The notes below the pieces were generated by a model, which was not told where the DNA came from, searched no databases, and worked only from the letters and a program-made list of their open reading frames with translations. A stretch of DNA of 62,512 bases, counting the filler, from Choristocarpus tenellus KU-1152 (taxonomy: Eukaryota > Protista > Phaeophyceae): NCBI GenBank assembly GCA_964200185.2. It is 8 parts of 8 records of this genome, joined end to end, with 100 filler letters (N's around TTAATTAATTAA, not from the genome) between each part and the next. Parts side by side here need not be neighbours in the genome. Positions count along the whole stretch, not along the records: positions 53,119 to 58,680 come from CAXNAD020010419.1; positions 58,781 to 62,512 come from CAXNAD020018246.1; 6 more parts are not named here. One strand, given 5' to 3'. The position numbers and the translations under genes were made by a program. Numbering within the stretch: position 1 is the first letter of the stretch; each line of letters starts with the position of its first letter. Below are positions 53,119-62,512 of the stretch, in pieces.

Positions 53119-54020
53119 CCCTCCCCCCCACTTTACCCAAAAGGAACCCCCGGGGCTAGCCCCCCCCCCCCCCCCCACTGATCAGGGGAACGGGAGAGCT
53201 GTTGAAATATTCCACACTGGACCCGCGGTTGTGTGCCTTGATAGAGGACAATAAGTGGCTTCGTGTAGATACACAATATTAATGTTACAAGAGGCTTATG
53301 GTCCCGATTCCACCGACTGAACTTGCGGGGTGAGACAGGTGCAGACTACCATGTGGGATTTGCAACGTCAACATTGATAATCAGAAAATAATACTATCTA
53401 CGTATCATATGTACCAAATATGATACATCAATTGATAAATCTAATATCACGTTAATACAATACATGAACTTGGGGTAGAGGACTGAAATATATGAAAACA
53501 TATATCTGGCTCTACCTTTCCTCCACTGGTGGCATATATAGTGTATCAGCAGCACTATCCACGAACAAGAACCCACAGGAGGATATGGAAAGGACAGAGA
53601 AGATAAAGAAGGGGCAGATAAGCCAGAGAAGGTATATAGGAGGAGTGACAAAGGAAGGGAAATTGTAGGGTTAGGGTTCGCTTGGAAGTTCCACTTAACA
53701 TACTGGTACTAAATCTACCAGGAGGAGGTTATTTTCTGTCTGCATGAACCATTCACAACAACGGAACAAACACCGAGGTATACCCTATAAAGGATGGGCA
53801 CCTTGAATCAATGTACAGGTTGGATTGAAGCTGGCTACACATGTATCACATCAAACCATTTATTTCCTCTCGTTTCGTTTGAAATAGAAAAGGAGTGATT
53901 GTGTGAGCACTCGTCCCCAGAAGATGTTCAGGGATAACATGTTGAATAGTATTTAGAGAAATTGTTCTTGAGCCTTTGCTCAATAACAGATATTTTAGAT
54001 GAAATCTTGCCGATTGTTGT

Positions 54021-54191
54021 GACCCAAAGTATCTGTGTGTGTGGGGGGGGAGGTCTACACCTGGTCCATAACCAGGAAAAGTGCACTTACATTATCCATC
54101 CGACATATGCAGCCAAATCACACAAAAATCGCAACAAAGAAAAAATTGGTCCGAAATGGACAGCCGCCACCCCCCTCAGATACTTTGAGCC
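54021..54191 (+). mobile_element. MITE family B, complete copy
   Basis: GACCCAAAGTATCTG...CCCCCTCAGATACTTTGAGCC, flanked by tgt/tgt. Confidence 0.85.
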
Positions 54192-55671
54192 TGTCACCCT
54201 CACAGGCAAGGTGAGGTGGAAGCCCGGTAGTGCTATAGTACGCATTTTACAGAGGAAAAAAATTTCGGGCATTTCATGGTCGATGGACACTATGAAGCAA
54301 CTGGTGCTCAAACGTTGTCCTGGAAGATACAATACAGAACAAATCGGCTTCAACATTTTCCTTAATAAGATTCATTGCAGACTGAATATGAGATGTTCTT
54401 CATTAGAACTAGCTACGAGGATTATGCAGTACAGGCAGAACATTGCACAAATGTTGGGCGTGACAGCAAACATTTCGTGTCTGCTTTTACATTTTGAAGG
54501 ATTCCACTACAACCACCACTAGGAATACAGAGTTGCTTCCCAAATTCTTTGCCTGTTTGGGATCCCATTACCAGAAAGAAGATGCATTCAACATCACCTA
54601 TTCCCCTTTCCCCAATACCACCTCACCTCACTATATGCAAAAATAGTAAGCTTTTGGTCACACCAACCACAATACACCACCAGATCAGACATACATGTCG
54701 GTGGTCTCTCAACTCTCAAAACTTCCCCAAGTGTTGCAGTTCCAGAAGGGTAAGAGGGTTTGCCTTGTCAGTAAGGTGACGTATAGGAGTATTTTATTTA
54801 CTTGTGCAGCTAACTGCAGTATTCAGAGAAGGCACACGCAGCAGCAAGAACACCAGAGGTGGGTTCTCAGGCAGAGCTCCTCCTGCCTATCCTTCAAAAC
54901 ATTGCCGAGCATTTCAAGTATACTCTCCTTGCAGCAATTAAGATAGCATGTGGTCAACAATATTTCCTGAGTACTCCACAGGAGTATTACAGGAGAAACG
55001 AAATACTCGAACATGATGACGGCAAGGCATAGGTGTGTTGGATATCAGGAAGTGTATCAGAGAACATGAGTCGTTTTTCATGTTGTCTGATGATAGACTC
55101 TGTAGTATTACTGTAGCATACTAATAGCAACACAGCAACAACCAGTTACAACAATAGTGGAGTAGAATACCACTCACATGATGTTGCTTGCATGCACGTT
55201 TCTTTTTCGTGATACTAGGAATAATTAGTTTCCTTGTTCGAAGCATAGCATCAAATCAACCATCACCAAGACGTCAGCAACGACGAAACCGTCTCTCATC
55301 TGCCCTTTTACTCGGAAGAAAAAGACGAAATAGACGCAAAACAGACATCCCAACATGGATGGGAAAGATGCACACCCAGGAAGCATACCCAGCACCCGAG
55401 CTTGTGCAGAAGGTGCGAAAATGAAAAATGTGGTATTATAGTCAGTGTGAAGGTACTGTGCTTGGTAGCACACCTGAAGCAAGGTCGTACGAATAATTAC
55501 GGCACTGTATTAGAAAAAAAAAACTATTTCCGTACAACAAGTGCGTAAGGGGCAAGGCAAAGAAGACCATACTGAGCCAATGAAAGACTTAACATGTAAG
55601 GCAAGGACAGAGTCCCCTCAACAGACAGCCTGTTGTGATGAAGTGAAAAATAAGGTGATATGATATGCGGA

Positions 55672-58353
55672 TCAGAAAAATGACCTCCCAGCGGCCAACT
55701 GGCCTTGCAGTTTTTCCACTTCGCGATCTCTCCGGAAAAGCTCAGCCTTGAGGGCAGCTACTTGCATCTGTAGGGGGAAATAATGAAAGGGAAATATGCA
55801 TGGCAATTGCATTTGGGGGTTAGGGTGAATATGTAGGGAAACTAAGAGATGCCTACGAAGGCATTAATTAGCAAGAGGGTTGCACCTCCAATGATTGAGC
55901 TATTGGATTGTAACTTAAGGACCAACCCCCTTGGAGAAGCACACCAACATAGAGGTTCTTCACACAACCATGTGCAGGATGCACAAACTGTTCCCCCAGA
56001 TTCCATTTGGACAATCGCCCTGCCATGAACACTGAAATCATTCCACAAGTATGCAGTAAATATTATTATATTTTTCTAGCTCCAAACTATATACATATCA
56101 CTATTACTAGCCCACAACTTTTAACGATACAACACATACCAATTATTCAAACGTTCATATATATTTTTTATGTCTTCTGCATCTCACCTCAAGTGAATCA
56201 TATATTCCTGGGATATTAGCCCTTGCTAGCAAACCCGCCGCTGCTGCCCTAACCGCTGTAGACCTAGAGGCAGTGCACAGCAGTAGAGCCTTGCACATGA
56301 GCATCAAGTGCTTACCCACCCCATCCAATCCCAGGCTATCGATATGCACACCATTTCCTGGCCCTTCCCCTCCTACTCCAGGAACCTCAGCTGCGTCCGG
56401 GTTGTCTTCTCCCTCTGCAAACGTCGCAAGGGAGGACCAAGACATGCTCGAAGGGGTAGCAACTCCTTTGTCTTCACCGCTGTCGCCTTGACCCTCCCAG
56501 AGAGATTCAGTCGGAGGTGTACGCTGCTTTAGCCCTAGAGCCGGTGCCAATGCGCTACGTAGTGGCTGAGTCAAGAGGGATGGGCCCACCCGAACATTGC
56601 CAAGGGCAGCCATTGAGACCAAACATCTGCCAAAAGTGGATAGAAGGGGACAAGATCACTAGGGACGGTCAAACAGTGAATCAAGAACCACAATCCCTCC
56701 TCAGGCACCAGCCCTGAATCAAGAGCCACAGGGAGGATATACTTTCGAACTTTGACTGGGGTCAACCAACATTTGGGGTTGCAAACCCAACTCCTATTAA
56801 AAAAAAACAGAACTCGCTCTAAGCACCCGTTAGTTAGTATACCAATAAACAACCCAGCCCGCAGCATACGGGCCCATTGCACAGGCAGAACAGAACGTCA
56901 ATCACACTTCCCTGATTTTTTTTTCTTTCTTTCCATTCCTTTCCCCCTCCTTGAATCTCCTTGAGATGACACGACCTGTCGTTGACAGCTAGGGTTAGGG
57001 TTAGGGTTAGGTTTAGGGTACGACACGACCTCCCATTCACTGCCATTTGAAGGGATCGTTTCATTGAAGACGTTCTACTGAGATTTTGGCAGACTCTTCC
57101 CGAGTGGTTTAATTTCCTTGCCTCGATTCTGCCACTTCAAGACACTTCCAGTCCCTTGTGTCATCGCAGCGGTCTTCCAAATCTCGGAACCACTCTATGG
57201 TCTTCGCCACACAGGACAGGAGGTGCCAGAGCGCCCTTCGCCTGTATCAGAGCACCATGAAGTAAAGTAGTATGATGACAATGACGCAGCAAGAACGTCA
57301 ACAGTGAAAGGAGAGGCACAAACGTCCAAGCGAAAGTCGTTAGAGTCACTCCGCACAATTTGCACTCAAACACTTCGTGAGCACAGTGTGTACTATTGAT
57401 CATCTGATGTTGATTAACGGCGACTACCAGTGACTAGCATTGACTAGCATTGCATCTCTCGAATCTCTTTTACATTTGCTTTTGCGTGAAGTGAACCTCT
57501 AACAATATGGAGGACATTCCACTACTGAATCATGTGCACACACTCCGGAGAATTTAGAGCAAGTCTTCGGCATCATGCCAACAGGCCAAGAAATAAATTG
57601 CGCTCGAACAAAGACTATTCTGTTCTCAAAAAGAGGATTTTGGTTATATGCCGCCGTAACATGCGACGGTTTGACTCTCCTGAGATACACATTCTCTTGC
57701 ACAGAGCAAGTCTGGATCTAGGTCATCCATCACTTAGTCAAAATATTTTATTTTGATTCTTTTCACAGCGAATGTCAATGGTCCAAAGCGTCTAATAAAG
57801 AGAATAAAAAATTAACACCTCTATCAACACACACACACACACACAACAGCCAACCTAATGATAAAAGATCCCAAGTCCGTTCTTTGGTCAACTACTAAAC
57901 AAACAAATAAAATACGTAGGTCTACCACAGTACATTGTTCTTGTTCTTAGAAGTAGCAAATACTACTTCTCCCTCTTATCCTCTATGTCTGCGACCTACA
58001 AAGTTTCACATTTTTTTCCTGGCAATTTCTTCATGAATAGGAAGCCTTTCCGAGTGATGCAACGCTAAAAATTGAAGGTCTGGATATAATCGTTCGGAGG
58101 GGAATTCCGGTTTTCGTATTTTGTTCCGAAATAGTTCTGAATACGTCCAAGAAGCGGAACCGAAAAAAACGGTATTTCTTGGCTCCACTTTGAGTAACTG
58201 CTCTGCGCCCAGGGGGGGGGGGGGGGGGTACAACGCCCCCCCATTATTTCACAACATCTAAGCACCTCGCCAAGATCCTTACGACTCTTGCTTAACGTCC
58301 ATATCATCTGCAACGTGGAGTCCCATAGCCAATATAGCCAGTGCGGTGCACGT
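55672..58353 (-). CDS. 3' end of a probable MON2-like (Sec7-related HEAT scaffold) protein
   Basis: Phase-consistent exons 58353-58283, 57241-57122, 56626-56188, 55767-55672 (TGA): ...RRALWHLLSCVAKTIEWFRDLED...SRCLVSMAALGNVRVGP...GKHLMLMCKALLLCTASRSTAVRAAAAGLL...MQVAALKAELFRRDREVEKLQGQLAAGRSFF*. The pattern recalls the MON2 C-terminus (HL..L...L...S....VR); the family call is from memory only. Confidence 0.55.
56990..57019 (+). repeat. Interstitial telomere-like (TTAGGG)n tract in intron
   Basis: tagggttagggttagggttaggtttaggg, bracketed by the direct repeat gacacgacct. Confidence 0.7.
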
Positions 58354-58680
58354 CTGATGACTTTCGCCGGGAACCCATCGACCAGGGGTAAAAATTTGAA
58401 TCTGAGCGAGGGAGGTCCAATCGTACTGTGGCTATATGCTACACTTTAGTGCTACCTCCCAGTAATAAATGGCTTCCTAAGGGTGTCGGACCAGGGTTGG
58501 CAGAGCAGTTTGGAGCTGGCAAACACTATCTATCCGAGACAATTGTGGGTACCAGTGCCAGTACGAGAACAATTTTGACAATGGGAACAAGCTTTCACTG
58601 AAATCAGTGTGTCATGAAGGGGGGGGGGGGGGGGGGGGGCGGGCATGGGATATGAGAACAATTTGACAATAATGGTTACA

Positions 58681-58780
58681 NNNNNNNNNNNNNNNNNNNN
58701 NNNNNNNNNNNNNNNNNNNNNNNNTTAATTAATTAANNNNNNNNNNNNNNNNNNNNNNNNNNNNNNNNNNNNNNNNNNNN
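58681..58780. other. Artificial contig linker
   Basis: 44 N + TTAATTAATTAA + 44 N. Confidence 0.98.
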
Positions 58781-58865
58781 TTGTGGGTGGGGGGTTGTCC
58801 GCCGTTTTTCTTTCCTTCTGTTTGTCCCCCCCCCCCCCCCCCCCCCCCGCCAGATACTTTGAGCC
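58781..58865 (+). mobile_element. MITE family B terminus at contig start
   Basis: C-run followed by CCAGATACTTTGAGCC. Confidence 0.6.
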
Positions 58866-58988
58866 CGTTGTTGGCATAACCAGAGTTATTGAGGAACACG
58901 AAAATTAGTGCCACTACTATAGTACTACTCACATTGCATCCACCTTATCCTCCCTCATTTCTTCCTTTACGCCCGTCGAGCATTGTAG

Positions 58989-60199
58989 GGCCACCGCTGC
59001 TGACTCCTGCCACATACCTAGCACACACAGGAGCGGATCAATGCATGACTCTGCAATGAGCTCCAGAACAGGGGTATCGTCAGCAGTTCGTGCATCCCTA
59101 ACCACTCGTTCTGAAGCATCTCCGCGAACAACACGACAAAAGGGAGATTCAACATGCAGGACCGAGGAATTAAAGATGGCCACCAGGTCTATACTTTGAG
59201 AATGGGACACGCTAATGGAGAGTGATGCAATGAAGCCAAAACCTTACAATTCCGAAATGCATTCTGAGTCAGCTCTCAGCGTCTATTGATTCCCATTTTG
59301 TGACGGCAGCTTGCCCAAGTTATTCAATAGAGCGAACTGCAGTAAATTTACAGATCTCTGTATGTGCAGTATGAAATCAAAGCATAAATTACTCTTTGCA
59401 CTCGAGACAAAGAGAGGAATGCTTCACAAGTGGTATTATGCTATCAGCACACCACTGAAAGGAACCTCTAGGAATGAGCAGATGCTTCCAATTTACTCGT
59501 GAAAACGATATAAAAAAACGATGAGAATGACCTGTTGATTGTCCTTCAGGAAAAACTACTATATAGAGACGAAGTACTTGCGTTAGAATTCTGCTACAAG
59601 AACACTGTTTTCTGTTTGGTTGTATGTAAAGGATCTTTCTGCTCTACGTTGAACTTTGCAGGAGGGACACCTCCCGTACTGTGAGTACCACAGCTACAGC
59701 AATGAGCACTGCACGGGCAGAGGCCACGCTGGTTGCACTGGAGGCTGAGAGGGCACAGTTGGAGGACCGTCTTCGGCAGGTGATTGAAAAATAGGTCATG
59801 TCTGGGCTGACCAACTGTTTACGGAGTACAAAATTTGTTGCTATAGCCAAGTGTGGATGAGCCAAAGTATCTTAGAGGTTAGAGTCGCGTCCTTTTGGGG
59901 GTCAAAATCCAATGTTGTGATTTTGATGTAATTTTGGCTATCGTGTTTGTTAGGAAGTGTCTCAATATCTATGCTTCGGACACACCTTTTCATAACGTAT
60001 ACATTTTACCTACTCCTAAACGTTCTGGAGTAGGAAAATGTCATAAAAAAACCCATGGGAAGCCAAGCTCCAAATGGACAAACAGGTCAAAAGTCGTACC
60101 CTCTAAGATACTTTCACTCGATGATCAATAGTTGTTCCACTCCAGATCCAGAGTCTACTGGTGTCCCACTTGTCCCTACCAGAGGAGTGTCTAGACTAA
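58989..60199 (+). CDS. 3' exons of an unknown Ser/Thr-rich protein with a short coiled coil
   Basis: Phase-consistent exons 58989-59186 and 59662-59779 (…TARAEATLVALEAERAQLEDRLRQ), plus a tentative last exon 60146-60199 (IQSLLVSHLSLPEECLD*). Confidence 0.45.
59859..60119 (-). mobile_element. MITE family A copy
   Basis: GAGCCAAAGTATCTTAGAGG...CCCTCTAAGATACTTTCACTC, flanked by gat / gat(g). Confidence 0.9.
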
Positions 60200-60669
60200 G
60201 TGCTTCAAATGAATCCAAGGTTTGTTCTTGACTTTGCATGCCAAAACGGGCAATCAATTGTTCTAGTTCATGTGCGTCGGCTAAGGGGACGACATGTCAC
60301 AATCTGTGTAATTCCGAAAAGAAACCTTGATGCAAATCGTAAGAGTAGGACGATCAAGAGAGGAATATTGGGAAAAATAATATATCGCCCCCTGTTTAGG
60401 TTTTATGGAGTACAAAATGGTTAAGAGAAAAATCACTCATTATCTGCATGGAAGAATCAAAGAATATATAGGTGATATTGAGCAACATGGAAAATCATAC
60501 CCCTTTTTGATCTGGAAGACAAGGTTATATACCCTGTGCAAACTACAAGTTTTTACAGGTGCACCTCATATGGCCCTTCGGTGGCCCATAGTAACACCCC
60601 TCTATCGTCTAAAAGCACAAGGAGATATATCCCCTTAGTACCTTCTGGAGGTATGCCTACACCGTAAGT

Positions 60670-60927
60670 GAGTGAAAGTATCTTAGAGGGTACGATTTTT
60701 GCCCTGTTTGTCCATATGGGACTTGGCTTTCCACAGGTGTTTTATGACTTTTTCCTACTCTGATATGTTTCGGAGTAGGTAAAATTTGCACGTGATGAAA
60801 AGGTGTGTCCGGAACAAGGATACTGACACTTCCTCAAAAACATGATAGCCAAAATCACATCAAAATCGGAACATTCGAATTTGACCCCGAAATGGACGCG
60901 GCTCTACCCTCTAAAATACTTTGGCTC
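60670..60927 (+). mobile_element. MITE family A copy
   Basis: GAGTGAAAGTATCTTAGAGGGTA...TACCCTCTAAAATACTTTGGCTC, TSD aagt/aagt. Confidence 0.9.
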
Positions 60928-61023
60928 AAGTAGAGTCCCTTTGCCAACCTTCAAAAATTGGTTTGAATTCACCAATGGACAAATTTTGGCGGCATACTAT
61001 TGCGATAGTTTTCAGCATGTTTT

Positions 61024-61080
61024 CATGTGAAACTCATGTGAAACTCATGTGAAACTCATGTGAAACTCATGTGAAACTCA
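61024..61080 (+). repeat. Minisatellite, 11-bp unit x 5
   Basis: (catgtgaaact)5. Confidence 0.9.
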
Positions 61081-61194
61081 AAGGAATGGAAGGTTATTCA
61101 GAATATTCACCTTAAATATCAAGGAGAACCACTGCAGCGACATCTGATTTTATTTTCTTGACATTTGTTGTCCTTATATATATCCGATATTTCG

Positions 61195-61229
<35 letters not shown>

Positions 61230-61578
61230 GACCCAAAAATCGTACAGGTGTGGGGAAACCCAGGTGTGGAGGGTGTAGGCAAACCCAAGTGGGAGGGAGC
61301 ATATAGGGCTCAAATGAGACTGTCTTCTCCTTCTTCTTCTTCTTTGTGGTAAAAAAAAAAATCAAATATTCTAACCGAATCAAGGGTTCAGGGTGGTAAC
61401 ACTTCTGTCATGGACACAACGTTTTTTGGTGACAATTCCAAAACAGTTACGAGCGATTGATTTCCACCCCTTGAACTACTCTCACTACCAACTGAAGAGT
61501 TCACAAGGAAATTTCCAAAAATGACTGCAAGGTCTACTTGCCTAAGAAGAAGAGGAGTTAAGAACGCTGTCAAGAAGA

Positions 61579-61840
61579 GAGCCAAAGTATCTTAGGGTTA
61601 GGGTAGAGCCACCTCACTTTGGGGGTCAACATCCAATGTTGCGATTTTGATGTAATTTTGGCTATCGTGTTTGTTAGGAAGTGTCAATATCCTTGTTCCG
61701 GACACACCTTTTCATAATGTATACACTTTACCTACTCTGAAATATTTTGGAGTAGGAAAATGTCATAAAAACCGTGAGGGAAGCCAAGTCCCAAATGGAC
61801 AAACCGGGCAAAACTCGTACCCTCTAAGATACTTCCACTC
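61579..61840 (-). mobile_element. MITE family A copy
   Basis: GAGCCAAAGTATCTTAGGG...CCCTCTAAGATACTTCCACTC, flanks aaga/aaaa (4-bp TSD with one mismatch). Confidence 0.88.
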
Positions 61841-62512
61841 AAAAGTCTAAAGAGGTTATACAATCGTCTCATGCCAAATTTCAAACTAGCACGAGTAACA
61901 GAATCGTAAATGCATGAAAAAAAAAAACAATCTCGAAAGCTGGCACTGCACCACACTAGTCCGCACAGCAATTTTTTTTCATAGCTAACTATCCGATAAC
62001 CTTTCATTTGAAATCCGATTTAAAAAAAAAAATGAAATTCGATCGAAAATAGTTTTACAACACTTCAGAGAGTACGAGAATGTAATGCCCACAGTGTAAC
62101 CCTAACCTCTATTTCGATATGTTGACCATCCGGCAATGTGTGATTCTTCTCAAGATAAACTGAGATAGTACATTCAGCGAGGGGACTTGCAACATTCAGA
62201 GAGCTCATCTCATGTAAGGCAATAATCAGCAACACAGAAACAGGATCCAAATGAAAATATATATTTTTTCTTGCCCAGACGTTCGCATGCCTCCGTCTCT
62301 CACAACAGCGGGTCCTCAGAAAAAAAAAAAAATGATCTGAAATATTCCCAGCCAGCTGAAGACTCGATGGTCCGATCTTGTCGTGCAGCCCTTCTTGAAT
62401 TTCTTTATTTTATTTAGAGTACCAAATATAGCGGGGGGGGGGGGGGGTGTCTAGATTTTTTTTTGTTCCGTTCAACCACTCTGAGGAGAGAATATAAAAA
62501 TATTATTTTTAT

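Noticed and set aside
53962-54522. 186-aa ORF sharing QEKCTYIIHPTYA with ORFs at 24744 and 45301
   Set aside because: The shared peptide is a translation of the non-coding MITE B core.
16229-58780. Seven regularly structured N44-TTAATTAATTAA-N44 motifs
   Set aside because: Artificial all-frame-stop linkers from contig concatenation. Gene neighbourhood across them has no biological meaning.
58929-59210. 93-aa minus-strand ORF
   Set aside because: Antisense to a plus-strand exon that has proper splice sites and matching phase.

Overview
Eukaryotic draft-assembly sequence, not a continuous locus. Eight unrelated contigs are joined by seven artificial 100-bp linkers (44 N + TTAATTAATTAA + 44 N). 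Gene architecture and transposon families suggest a stramenopile, probably a brown alga or close relative (inference). Spliced genes reconstructed by hand with phase-consistent exons: (1) a divergent importin-alpha-like ARM protein without a recognisable IBB domain (minus, 13 exons seen); (2) head-to-head with it, a GPR180/TMEM145-like membrane protein (plus, 5' part); (3) a central part of UBR4/BIG, with a ZZ finger and an apparent zf-GRF-like insert (plus); (4) a complete Pkr1-like V-ATPase assembly factor (minus, 3 exons); (5) the 3' end of a probable MON2 (minus); (6) small fragments of unknown genes. The rest is decayed retroelements (Copia, DIRS-like, RTE-like and CRE-like) plus many copies of two related short TIR elements (MITEs). 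The most interesting observations are the MITE pair with shared TIR core, self-nesting, 3/4-bp TSD behaviour and a possible composite element carrying a decayed ORF; the IBB-less importin-alpha; the zf-GRF-like insert in UBR4; and strong gene-body CpG depletion against a CpG-rich bidirectional promoter. No CRISPR, rRNA or tRNA was recognised. I cannot establish a multi-gene novel system, and neighbourhoods across linkers are meaningless.
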